Part shown: positions 1-9,159 of the stretch, piece by piece
How positions within the stretch are numbered: the first letter of the stretch is position 1
Layout: the number at the start of each line of letters is the position of its first letter
Source: a virus
Reading direction: 5' to 3' (one strand)
Length of the DNA: 64,000 nucleotides
UHGV virus genome: UHGV-1368192
Translations under genes and position numbers: made by a program
Notes under the pieces: generated by a model
Told to the model about the DNA's origin: nothing
The model's database searches: none
Seen by the model: the letters and a program-made list of their open reading frames with translations, nothing else

Positions 1-240
1 TGGCGAGCTACGACGCGTGTCGCTCGCTATGCTCAGCGGTGGGGTACCCACTTTGTGGTGGTACCCATCGCTCCCTGACAAGGGATATTCCCCGCACCCG
101 GGGGGTGCCAACACGGGAGCTAATTGCCGGAGGGGGTCCGAAACGGGAGGATCCTGCGCGGACAAGTTTAGTAGGGAACGAAAATTTTTGGGGTATATTT
201 TTTTTAGCGCTGGTATAGTGATTATCTGTGTGGTGAGTAT

Positions 241-413
241 GGGTATTATGGTTGAGGAGGGGATGGTGTATTATGATTGAGGAGGCGAGAGTGGATGCGC
301 TTGGTGGTCTAGAGTGATGGTGCTGTAGGTATGTGGCCTTGGTGGTGTGGGTTTGAGGAAGAGGGTAATTTGGTTGAGGGTGGTGGAAGTGGCGTTGGGT
401 AATTTGGTTGAGG
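241..413 (+). repeat. Iteron-like direct repeats GGGTAWTWTGGTTGAGG, 4-5 copies. Exact 17-bp copies sit at 363-379 and 397-413; diverged copies at 241-257 and 266-282; a partial copy at 349-358.
   Basis: Direct reading. The repeats lie in a strongly G+T-skewed stretch, and the two exact copies are spaced 34 bp apart. Confidence 0.6.
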
Positions 414-496
414 AAAGATAAGTATGTATCTTTGGTCTGAGAAGTTTCGACATAACTGTTTGGTATTTATCGTAGGATACGTGTTGCCCGGGATGG

Positions 497-1190
497 GTGG
501 CACGTATTCGTTTTATATGTATCTTTGTGGTGCTGGGTTTTGAGCTTTTTCCCAGCAGATCATTTCCATTGGTTTATAGTTTGATTTAGGGTACGCGTTG
601 TCTGGGAAGATAGCGCGTATCACTTTTATGCATATCTTTGCGGTAGGGGAGTCTTCCCCTCGTGTGTGCCATTGTTTGTATGCATCACTTCTATTGAGGT
701 GGTGCATACTTCTTTATGTATGTATTATCTTTGCTGTGTAGATGATTGCTTCATCATATTGATTGTTTAGTTAGGGGTTACATGCGTCATTCTTAGGGGT
801 GGCGCATGTTTCTTATAAAGTGGTTATATTTGCAGAGGAAAGTCTTCTATCATATTAGGATTATCATTGTTGTTAAACTGAGTTATGCGCATTGCCTGTA
901 TAGGTAGTGCGCATTTCTTTTGTATCTTTGGGTGTGGATATAATAGGTAATTGGCTTATCAAGTATAGCTTGATATTGGTACGCACTGCCTGGGAAGGTG
1001 GTGCGTATTGCTTTTGGGGATTTGAGGAAGGAGTGGTATCTTTGCTGTGTAATAAATCTTATCGTTATTCTTGGGCTGTGGGGTTAGTCCCACAATTTCC
1101 ATTTCAAGTTTGTCTATCAGCTGTGCGCTACTCGGGAGAGTGGCGCATGGTGTTTTGGTAGGTTGTGGATTATATATACCTTTGCAGTGA
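497..1190 (+). repeat. Seven tandem promoter-like repeats: A 497-532, B 608-646, C 696-737, D 796-838, E 901-937, F 979-1049, G 1135-1188. Each has a GGTGGYGCRTA-like core followed by TAT(n)TTTG.
   Basis: Every unit ends in a match to the Bacteroidetes sigma-A -7 consensus TAnnTTTG, followed by YRGTG. Units F and G also have TTTG 19-20 nt upstream, which is the -33 element spacing. Confidence 0.6.
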
Positions 1191-1249
1191 AGGGTGGCGA
1201 CCTTTCTGCATCGTATCTTATCTTTTATCTCTGGCCCCTCGGGGCGTTA

Positions 1250-1323
1250 GGGTGTGATCCAAAGGCTTGGGCCTGACTTTGTCGGGTGGCTGACGCTGAG
1301 GTGGTTCGATTCCCCCGCACTCT
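1250..1323 (+). tRNA. tRNA-like element, possibly degenerate, about 74 nt, with a canonical T-loop GGTTCGATTCC.
   Basis: GGTTCGATTCC at 1303-1313. A 7-bp acceptor pairing gggtgtg/cgcactc is possible if two G-U wobbles are allowed. The D arm, anticodon arm and T-stem could not all be made canonical by hand. Confidence 0.3.
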
Positions 1324-1327
1324 ACTA

Positions 1328-1383
1328 CTGACTGGTGCTGTAGGCACGCGTGACGACGCTAGGGTTTGATTCCCTACGGTCAG
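1328..1383 (+). other. Truncated tRNA-like fragment with a clean T-arm (TAGGG-TTTGATT-CCCTA) and an acceptor pairing ctgactg/cggtcag. At about 56 nt it is too short for a full tRNA.
   Basis: Direct reading; it lacks room for both a D arm and an anticodon arm. Confidence 0.2.
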
Positions 1384-1737
1384 GTCTTATCACTGCTCTT
1401 TCCTCATGAGGAAGACAGTAAACACACATTGCGCTTGTAGGGCCCTATCCCCGAAGGCGATGGTCCGCGACTGATAGGTCGGTCATGCGGATAGTGGTGT
1501 GAGATGGCTGTATTTCTAGAGTATGGCTCGGTGCGCTTTACGACTCACGAATGGGGGACACCAAAAATCGTCCTAAGATCCCCTGCCAATCAAAAGACGC
1601 GTATCGTCTTCTTCATAGGGCCTAACCCCAAGGATGCCGTACAGGTCCTATAATGACGCTCACCTTTCCATAGGGTGGGCGTCGCCTTTTATACGCCACC
1701 ACAATATCCTCTTTCCTCAGGCCATATCTTTATGCCT

Positions 1738-1745
1738 TACCTTTG
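1738..1745 (+). promoter_or_regulatory. Bacteroidetes-type -7 box TACCTTTG, 25 nt upstream of the ATG at 1770.
   Basis: Matches TAnnTTTG; its position relative to the first structural-module gene fits a promoter. Confidence 0.45.
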
Positions 1746-1769
1746 TGGCATAACATAGTACGTACATAT

Positions 1770-3245
1770 ATGGCAAAAGATAATCAACCACAAATATCAG
1801 TACCTCTACGTGCGGCCGCTGACTCTACCAAGGTCAAGCGGTTCTACAGTAGTGGTAATGGCTCTGTCAACACTACTGGGTTTGGCGAGTATATAAGCCA
1901 GTCCAACAACGTGGCCAACGATACTGACACCGGGGACCTTGCTTCTAAGCTGGCTAATGCTGGGGCTATTGGATCTATAGGTGCTACGCTAGCTGCTATC
2001 ACAGGTAGGATAGGTGTCAATGCTGCCTACTCTGGTGGTAAGACCCTTGTGAAGCCCATTGCGAGGACCGCCTATGGTGTAAAAGCTATTGGGAGGAATA
2101 TCGCTGATAGGGTCATGAGGAAGGAGGTAATAGTTCCTATCGGAGAGAATGCCGCTCGATATGCAAGTGAGGCTGATAAGGCTGGCTCTTGGTTTGGTAA
2201 GGCAGCTAATGCTGAGGCTGCCATCGTTGGTGACAAGGCCCTCAAGGGTGGCGCTAAGCTGGCTAAGTTCGCAAAGTACTCTAAGTTCATCAAGTGGGCT
2301 GGTCCCTTGGCTACAGCCGCTGATGTGGGGATTTCAGCTATAGCCTCTAACGCCGCACTACATGGGAAGTACGATCCTGAAAAGCTGCCTAGGTATAACA
2401 CCGGCGAAGTGGGTGATGATATACCTGGCTATAGGATAGGAAGCCATGCAGGTCTCGTCAACCCTAGTGGTGTTGGCAATAATGTTCTTGGTACAGCTGG
2501 TGAGTTCATACACGGCACCGCCTCAATGTTTGATGGTGCGAGCTCTCTACCTGGCAAGGCGGCCAAGGGGCTGGTAGGCCTTGTCGCCTCCGATGAGACG
2601 GCGACAAAGTACCAGAAGGGTATGGATGGTATTGTCCGCACGATGAAGGGAGCTCTTGGGGTCAAAGAGAATCCTCTTAACCTGGTCAAGAAGGCGGCTA
2701 GCATGATAACGGTAGAGGGCGACCAGGATGTCAACAAGGTTTATGGCAAGGATATGCGCGGTCGTATGATGGCAGACCTCTTCGTCAGAGCTAAGATGCG
2801 CGGCATGGAGGGTGTACCTAACTCTTACATGGCTGTTAACTCAGCCGAAGCTGAAGCAGCTAAGCTCTATAAGGAAGGTAAGCTGGAGAAGGCTGCACTG
2901 GACCAGACACCTGCAGAGATATTCTACAACCCATCTAAGGAGCGTGGCTACAACAAGGACCCTATGATGAACATGGCTGCTTACTACCCTGGTGATGACA
3001 GGTACCCAGTCTATATGCACACCCTCAGGCAGGCATACGCTGAGAAGCATGCAGGTAACAACCCCAAGTCACTTGAGTATAAGAAGTTCGAGCAGGTCTT
3101 CGATAGCTATCTCTCCTCAACCGCTACTAACAGAGGTGGCGAGAATGAGGACATCAGAGATGAGATAAGGAAGGAAGCATTTGACTACTACCACCAGAAG
3201 CGCAAGGCAGCTGCAGAGAAGCGCTATGAGCCTATCAAGAAATAG
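1770..3245 (+). CDS. Gly/Ala-rich virion-associated protein with glycine-zipper-like segments; hypothetical.
   Basis: 491-aa ORF. The start was moved to MAKDNQ, downstream of the -7 box. It contains A/G-rich repeats such as LANAGAIGSIGATLAAITG. Confidence 0.6.
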   Translation: MAKDNQPQISVPLRAAADSTKVKRFYSSGNGSVNTTGFGEYISQSNNVANDTDTGDLASKLANAGAIGSIGATLAAITGRIGVNAAYSGGKTLVKPIARTAYGVKAIGRNIADRVMRKEVIVPIGENAARYASEADKAGSWFGKAANAEAAIVGDKALKGGAKLAKFAKYSKFIKWAGPLATAADVGISAIASNAALHGKYDPEKLPRYNTGEVGDDIPGYRIGSHAGLVNPSGVGNNVLGTAGEFIHGTASMFDGASSLPGKAAKGLVGLVASDETATKYQKGMDGIVRTMKGALGVKENPLNLVKKAASMITVEGDQDVNKVYGKDMRGRMMADLFVRAKMRGMEGVPNSYMAVNSAEAEAAKLYKEGKLEKAALDQTPAEIFYNPSKERGYNKDPMMNMAAYYPGDDRYPVYMHTLRQAYAEKHAGNNPKSLEYKKFEQVFDSYLSSTATNRGGENEDIRDEIRKEAFDYYHQKRKAAAEKRYEPIKK

Positions 3246-3264
3246 AATGTAGTATCTTCGTATC

Positions 3265-3510
3265 ATGATCTTGGATAGCAAGACGCTAAGCAAGGCGTTA
3301 CGAGACCATTACATCGCGGTAGCCAAGACCTATGGACTCTCTCCTCATGAGGTGGAAGCCATCTACAATGGGTATTGGTGCGCGGTGAAAGATATAATCA
3401 AAGAACGAAGCCCTAAAGCTGTGAATATCCACGGCCTGGGCGCATTTAGAAATAAGAAGAATGAAAGAAATCAAGACCAAGATGAAGGGCCTGCTCCTCA
3501 AGAGCTTTAA
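3265..3510 (+). CDS. Hypothetical small protein.
   Basis: 81-aa ORF with a low-complexity C-terminus that overlaps the next ORF by 50 nt. Confidence 0.35.
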   Translation: MILDSKTLSKALRDHYIAVAKTYGLSPHEVEAIYNGYWCAVKDIIKERSPKAVNIHGLGAFRNKKNERNQDQDEGPAPQEL

Positions 3511-3892
3511 GCCCTCGTTCAATCACGTGGTTGTCTCACCTGTAGATGTGGATGTCCTCGCCGACTCAAAGTTCAAGGACAGCAAGATCCTCATGAAGTA
3601 CCTCGATCCCAAGATCACGCCTATGCGCGTCATCTATGTGGGCACGAGCGTCAGGACCTGCGAGCCCGGGGATATCGTCCTTGTGAATATCATGAGACAC
3701 TTCCGAGGTGAAGGTGAGCAAGCACACATCGAATTGCCAGCCCTCGAGATTGGCGGCGTAGAGTGTCTCATTGTGTCTGAAGGCGACCTCTATGGTGTTG
3801 CTGATGCAGAGATCCTGGAGGTTGATGTCGCCGCGCAGGAGGAGAAGAAGTCTAGCCTCATCCTTCCCAAGAATGAAATCATCATGCCATGA
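3461..3892 (+). CDS. Hypothetical protein.
   Basis: 143-aa ORF with alternative in-frame Met codons at 3461 and 3482. It overlaps the ATG of the next gene by ATGA. Confidence 0.5.
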   Translation: MKEIKTKMKGLLLKSFKPSFNHVVVSPVDVDVLADSKFKDSKILMKYLDPKITPMRVIYVGTSVRTCEPGDIVLVNIMRHFRGEGEQAHIELPALEIGGVECLIVSEGDLYGVADAEILEVDVAAQEEKKSSLILPKNEIIMP

Positions 3893-4458
3893 TTAAGCTC
3901 TTCAAGAAAGAAGGGCTTGACATAGTGATCTCTGAGGAAGCCTACCTGCTGAAGCCCTTCGCGGATATCTGGAAGAAAGATAAGTCCAAGAATAAGGCTA
4001 CCGCTCAGCTGGAGCTGGCTTTCATATACTTCTTCGCAGACCCCAGATCAGAGTACCAGATGTACAATGATCCTGAGGAAAGGACGAAGATGATAGTAGA
4101 GGGTTTAGGGATGGAGTCCGGATGGGCCCCATCCCCTCTCGTTACTGAGGCTATCACTTTCTATGAGTCGTTCAAGCCCGTATCAGCCAAGCTACTCGAT
4201 AGCACAAGAGGACTCATAAATAAGCTCTCAGCATTCTTAGAGGAGATCGACTTCCATGCGGTGGATGATAAGGGCAAGCCCCTCTATCAGCCAAACACTA
4301 TCACTAACACCATCAAACAGCTCCCTGCACTGGTATCTACTCTCAATGAGGTAGAGAAGACCATGAACTCTGATATTGAGGAGAGCTCAGCTATCCGCGG
4401 TAGCATGAGGAAGGCTGTGGGTGAGGATGCCTTTGACTTTAGTGACGATGACGATTGA
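3889..4458 (+). CDS. Hypothetical protein; possibly the terminase small subunit, judged only by position upstream of TerL.
   Basis: 189-aa ORF immediately upstream of TerL and translationally coupled to it. Confidence 0.5.
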   Translation: MIKLFKKEGLDIVISEEAYLLKPFADIWKKDKSKNKATAQLELAFIYFFADPRSEYQMYNDPEERTKMIVEGLGMESGWAPSPLVTEAITFYESFKPVSAKLLDSTRGLINKLSAFLEEIDFHAVDDKGKPLYQPNTITNTIKQLPALVSTLNEVEKTMNSDIEESSAIRGSMRKAVGEDAFDFSDDDD

Positions 4459-6709
4459 GCTTAATGAATATCAGACACCGCTAGAGGTCCTCACGCCAGA
4501 CATGCCTGAGGAGGTGAAGGAGCAGATGGATGACTTCATCCAATCTGTCCCCTTCATCCAGCACCTCATAAGCCCACACCGCAAGCGCGCTAAGGACCTG
4601 CAGCGTGATGAGCGTGGTCGTATCATAGTAGACATCGCCCATCCTCATATCCTTGAGGACATGGACTACTTCAGGCCTGCAGCTATACACTTCGAGAAGT
4701 ACGGCTGCTACACCAAACTCAAGCCTAATACCAACCCTTCATCTCCCTTTGGGCAATGGCTCCGTGAGGAGACAAGAAGAGTCCTTGACGGCTACGTGCG
4801 TGAGTCTGATGGCGAGTGGATAACAGGCGACCTGTACTTTTACCTAAACTACAGTCCTATCATGGTCTCTAAGATCAGAGAGGACCAGCCAGGTGTAGCT
4901 GACCGCGTGGAGGCATTTCCTGAGATGTGGGAGGGTGTGTACTGGAGATACCACTACCTGTATCAAGCGCGTAATGGAGGTATGTATAATGCCTTCCAGG
5001 GTGGTAATCATGCCTTTGAGCTAGCTCGTCGTGGTGCAGGTAAGTCCTACTCTCTAGCCTCACTCATGGCTAAGCGTCTCCTTGTCGGTGAGTCTAAGAA
5101 GGTGCAGAAGCGCGTGACCAGCGTTCTTCTTGGCTATATCAAGGAATACCTGCAAGACAAGGACGGTACGCTCTCTAAGTTCGAGCCGATGATGAACTTC
5201 GTCAGATCTCATACCGAGTGGCCCAATAGTCTCGTGAGGAACAGCATGAGCGATATGATGTGGCGTTGCGCATACATCGATCCTCGCACAGGAGCGGTAG
5301 AAGGGAAGAACAACGTCGTCATGGGACTGCCTGTCAAGGATGATGACTCTAAGGCGCGTGGTAAGCGTGGTTGGATCTTCATCGAGGAGTTCGGTTCATT
5401 CCCTTCCCTCATCGACCTATACAACACCATCATGTACTCTGTTGAGGAAGGTGGTGTGACCTTCGCGCTTATCTATGGTGTTGGTACGGCTGGTTCTGAT
5501 GAGTCTGAGTTCTCCTCAGCACAGGAGATCATGTACCACCCTGTAGCCTACAAGGTCTACAACGTGCCTAACGTCTACGACAAGGCCACAGGTGGTAGCA
5601 AGGATCGCTTCTGCTTCTTCTTCCCGGCGTACGTCAATCGTAAGGGTTGCTACAACATCGATGGTGTCTCTGACGTGACTAGGGCTCTCTATGAGATCCT
5701 GATGGATAGGTACCGTATCAAGTACAGCACGACCAACCAGGACACGCTGATACGAAGGATCGCGGAAATGCCTATCGTTCCTCAGGAGGCTATCCTGCAG
5801 GTTAAGGCTAGCTACTTCCCATCCCACGCCTTGAGAGAGAGACTGGCTGAGATCGATAATGACCCATCCTTCTATGCAGGTGTAATCTCCTGTGAAGTGT
5901 CGCGCAAGGGTTATGATGTGAGTATCCATCCTGTCAATGACCTTCCCATCCGTAACTTCCCATTGCCAGACAATAAATCTGCAGGGCATGTTGAGATCTT
6001 CGCTATGCCAGAGAAGGATGCTGATGGCAAGGTGCAGCAGGGTAGGTACATCGCGGCTATGGACCCATACGACAACGACCAGGCGGATACCTCCTCCTTA
6101 GGATCGTTCTTCGTCCTGGACCTCTTCACCGATGAGATCGTCTGTGAATACACCGGTAGACCTACATTCTCAGATGACTTCTACCGCACCTGCTGTGACA
6201 TAGCTATCCTCTACGACTGCCGTATATGCTATGAGAATAACAAGAAGGGTCTCTTCGCCTACTGCTCAAGGTACAACCTCACGCACCTACTTGAGGACAC
6301 ACTTGAGTTCCTACGTGACAGGGACCTCCTCAAGGCAAGGCCTATTGGTAATGCAGCTAAGGGTGTGACAGCTACTGCCGGTATCAACGCCTATGCTAGG
6401 AAGAAGCTCGCTGAGTGGCTCGTCCAGCCTGTGAGTATAACAAGGCAGACAGATGAGGGTGAGGTCTACGAGCAGGATATGCCTAACCTATGCAGGATAA
6501 AGAATCGTGCTCTTCTTCAGGAGCTCATAGCGTGGAATGACATAGGTAACTTCGACCGCGTGTCAGCAATGGGTATCCTGATGTTGTACAGAGAATCAAT
6601 GCTCATAAACTTCCAAGAGCATGATGATGAGACGCAAGAAGAGATTGATAGCAAGATGAGCTTCTTTAATCGCAATCTGCGTAGGGATAGGCGCAAGCCT
6701 TATCTTTAA
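4448..6709 (+). CDS. terL: Terminase large subunit.
   Basis: Walker A-like motif RRGAGKSYS at about 5027-5050. The C-terminal half is Asp-rich (DPYDNDQAD) and nuclease-like. The size is about 750 aa. The start overlaps the upstream stop (ATGACGATTGA). Confidence 0.75.
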   Translation: MTIELNEYQTPLEVLTPDMPEEVKEQMDDFIQSVPFIQHLISPHRKRAKDLQRDERGRIIVDIAHPHILEDMDYFRPAAIHFEKYGCYTKLKPNTNPSSPFGQWLREETRRVLDGYVRESDGEWITGDLYFYLNYSPIMVSKIREDQPGVADRVEAFPEMWEGVYWRYHYLYQARNGGMYNAFQGGNHAFELARRGAGKSYSLASLMAKRLLVGESKKVQKRVTSVLLGYIKEYLQDKDGTLSKFEPMMNFVRSHTEWPNSLVRNSMSDMMWRCAYIDPRTGAVEGKNNVVMGLPVKDDDSKARGKRGWIFIEEFGSFPSLIDLYNTIMYSVEEGGVTFALIYGVGTAGSDESEFSSAQEIMYHPVAYKVYNVPNVYDKATGGSKDRFCFFFPAYVNRKGCYNIDGVSDVTRALYEILMDRYRIKYSTTNQDTLIRRIAEMPIVPQEAILQVKASYFPSHALRERLAEIDNDPSFYAGVISCEVSRKGYDVSIHPVNDLPIRNFPLPDNKSAGHVEIFAMPEKDADGKVQQGRYIAAMDPYDNDQADTSSLGSFFVLDLFTDEIVCEYTGRPTFSDDFYRTCCDIAILYDCRICYENNKKGLFAYCSRYNLTHLLEDTLEFLRDRDLLKARPIGNAAKGVTATAGINAYARKKLAEWLVQPVSITRQTDEGEVYEQDMPNLCRIKNRALLQELIAWNDIGNFDRVSAMGILMLYRESMLINFQEHDDETQEEIDSKMSFFNRNLRRDRRKPYL

Positions 6710-6734
6710 GCCTAAATAGTCTATCAGGGTTAGT

Positions 6735-9152
6735 ATGAACGAAAAGAAACAAAAGGGTGGATTTCCTCAACAGAATCTCCCTAATAGCAGAAAGACACGT
6801 GACTGGTGCATCCAGTGCGTGGACTGGGCGAAGGGAACATCCTCTGTTGCTTCCTCATCGTCCGTAAGGCATAGCATCGCAAGGAAGAAGATTAACTATG
6901 ACCTCATCAATGGTATCGTCCATGAGGAGGATATGATGGCTTTCTTCAACCCCTATGACTTCGCTGATCATGATGCCCCCGGCAAGGTACAGCACTTTCC
7001 TATCATCAACTCTAAGATCAATGTCCTCCTCGGTGAGGAATCGCGTAGGCCCTTTGACTACCGTGTCATCGTGACCAACCCTACTGCGGTGTCAGATATG
7101 GAGGAGATGAAGAAACAGCAGGTGATGGAGAACATCATGGCTGTTATGGAGTCTGGTATCCAGGACGAGGCACAGCTCAAGGAAGCCTTCAACGAGATAC
7201 AGCATAGGTACGCCTATAAGTGGCAAGACCTGCGTGAGATCCGTGGTAATGCCTTCCTCAAGCACTACTCCTCCGAACTCTCCCTACCACTGATGTTCAA
7301 CAAGGGATTCCTTGACGCACTCATCGTGGGTGAGGAGATATACAGGTGTGATATCGTAGCTGGTGAACCTACTATCGAGAGACTCGACCCTATGAAGGTG
7401 CGAGTGTTCAAGTCTGGATCATCAGGTAGCATTGAAGATGCCGACATCGTTGTGGTGGAAGACTACTGGTCCCCATCACGTATCCTTGATGTCTATGGAG
7501 ATAGTCTGACGAAGGAAGAGATCGACAAGATACACTCTGGCTCTTCCTCAGGACTTATAGGTGGTGAAGGAGATAACTTCACGGTCGCAGAGATGTTTGG
7601 TCGTTTTGGTATCCATTACTCTGGGCCTAACGATACAGCTATATACAACGGCACTACTGTGGCTTCCTCACTCACCCCTTATGACTTTGAAGGTAACGTG
7701 CGCGTCATGCAGGTCTACTGGAAGTCCATCAGGCAGGTGAAGAAGATTACCTCTGTCGATCCTATGACAGGTGCAGAGGTGTCTACGCTTATGCCTAGTG
7801 ACTACAAGGTTGATGAGCTCGCTGGTGAGACCGCGAAGATCATGTACATCAATGAGGCGTGGGAAGGTGTGCTTATCGGTAATGATATCTATGCTAACCT
7901 TGGCCCCAGGAAGATCCAGTTCAACAGGCTCTCCAATCCTTCCAAGTGCCACTTCGGTATTATCGGTAGTGTCTATAACCTCAGCGACGACAAGCCTTAT
8001 TCTCTCGTCGATATGATGAAGCCTTATAGCTACATGTACAATCTTGTGCATGATAAACTCAATAAGATCATCTACGACAACATCGGTAAGGTCGTGCAGC
8101 TGGATATGGCTAAGCTCCCCGGCAAGATGGAGTATCCAGAGTGGTGGTCCGTCCTGAGGAGGATGAAGATGGCTGTGACCAACTCTTTTGAGGAAGGGAA
8201 GGTAGGTGTTGCCAAGGGTAAGCTAGCCGGCGCACTGAACAACAACGTAGCTGCGTCTATCGACCTTGACCTCTCCTCATCTATCATGAACCACATACAG
8301 CTCCTCGCCTCTATCAAGGAGGAGATGGCTGACGTGGCTGGTATCTCAAGACAGCGTGAAGGTCAGATCTACAATAGGGAGACCGTAGGAGGTGTCGAAC
8401 GCGCCACACTGCAGTCCTCGTATATCACAGAGTGGATATTCACTATCCATGAGGATGTCAAGAAGCGCGCGTTAGAGTGCTTCCTCGAGGTAGCAAAGAT
8501 TTCACTACGCTATGGATCAAAGAAGTTCGAGTACATCCTTCCAGACCAGTCTAGGCAGATCATGTCTGTCGGAGGAGAAGAGTTTGCAGAGTGCGACTAT
8601 GGTATCACTATTGATTCTTCTCGTGGGACGATGGAGATCAATCAGAAGCTGGATATGCTGGCTCAAGCCGCTCTCCAAAATCAGGCCATTGACTTCTCTG
8701 CTATCATCAAACTCTATCAGTCCATCTCTATCGCTGAGAAGGCAAGCATCATTGAGCAGGGTGAGCAGGCTATGCGTCAACGTCAGGCTGAGCAGGCACA
8801 GGCTCAACAGCAAGCTGAACAACAGGCTGCAGAACAGCAAATGCAGCTCAAGATGGCTGAGCTCGATCTCAAGGACCGAATTAGTCAACGTGAAGTGGAC
8901 GCCCAGCTTGAGATTGCTAAGATGAAGGAGGCGTTTGGCTTCGGTCAGACAATCTTCCGTATCGACGATGACGTGTTCTCTGAGGAAGAGCAAAAGACTC
9001 TCGAGCAGTCCGATAGGCAGTTCGATGAGAAAATGAAGCTCGAGAAGGAGAAGCTCGCGGCCAACAACAAATACAAGCAGCGACAACTGGAGATCCAGGA
9101 GCAAGCTGCAAAGGCAGCCAGTGCCAAGGTGGTATCTGGTAAAAAGAAGTAG
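6735..9152 (+). CDS. Putative portal protein.
   Basis: 805 aa, directly after TerL, which is the crAss-like gene order. The C-terminus is a Q/A/E-rich coiled coil. Confidence 0.5.
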   Translation: MNEKKQKGGFPQQNLPNSRKTRDWCIQCVDWAKGTSSVASSSSVRHSIARKKINYDLINGIVHEEDMMAFFNPYDFADHDAPGKVQHFPIINSKINVLLGEESRRPFDYRVIVTNPTAVSDMEEMKKQQVMENIMAVMESGIQDEAQLKEAFNEIQHRYAYKWQDLREIRGNAFLKHYSSELSLPLMFNKGFLDALIVGEEIYRCDIVAGEPTIERLDPMKVRVFKSGSSGSIEDADIVVVEDYWSPSRILDVYGDSLTKEEIDKIHSGSSSGLIGGEGDNFTVAEMFGRFGIHYSGPNDTAIYNGTTVASSLTPYDFEGNVRVMQVYWKSIRQVKKITSVDPMTGAEVSTLMPSDYKVDELAGETAKIMYINEAWEGVLIGNDIYANLGPRKIQFNRLSNPSKCHFGIIGSVYNLSDDKPYSLVDMMKPYSYMYNLVHDKLNKIIYDNIGKVVQLDMAKLPGKMEYPEWWSVLRRMKMAVTNSFEEGKVGVAKGKLAGALNNNVAASIDLDLSSSIMNHIQLLASIKEEMADVAGISRQREGQIYNRETVGGVERATLQSSYITEWIFTIHEDVKKRALECFLEVAKISLRYGSKKFEYILPDQSRQIMSVGGEEFAECDYGITIDSSRGTMEINQKLDMLAQAALQNQAIDFSAIIKLYQSISIAEKASIIEQGEQAMRQRQAEQAQAQQQAEQQAAEQQMQLKMAELDLKDRISQREVDAQLEIAKMKEAFGFGQTIFRIDDDVFSEEEQKTLEQSDRQFDEKMKLEKEKLAANNKYKQRQLEIQEQAAKAASAKVVSGKKK

Positions 9153-9159
9153 TTAATAT

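Noticed and set aside
17-1161. Short ORFs (17-280 +, 271-707 -, 907-1161 +) in the non-coding hub.
   Set aside because: They run through repeat units and G+T-skewed sequence, have low-complexity products, and lack start context.
497-1190. A CRISPR array.
   Set aside because: The repeats are degenerate (about 60-70% identity). The spacing is irregular, 35-110 bp. There are no cas genes. Each unit ends in a promoter -7 box.
1328-1383. A second full tRNA gene.
   Set aside because: Only about 56 nt lie between the acceptor halves, too short for both a D arm and an anticodon arm. It is kept only as a tRNA-like fragment.
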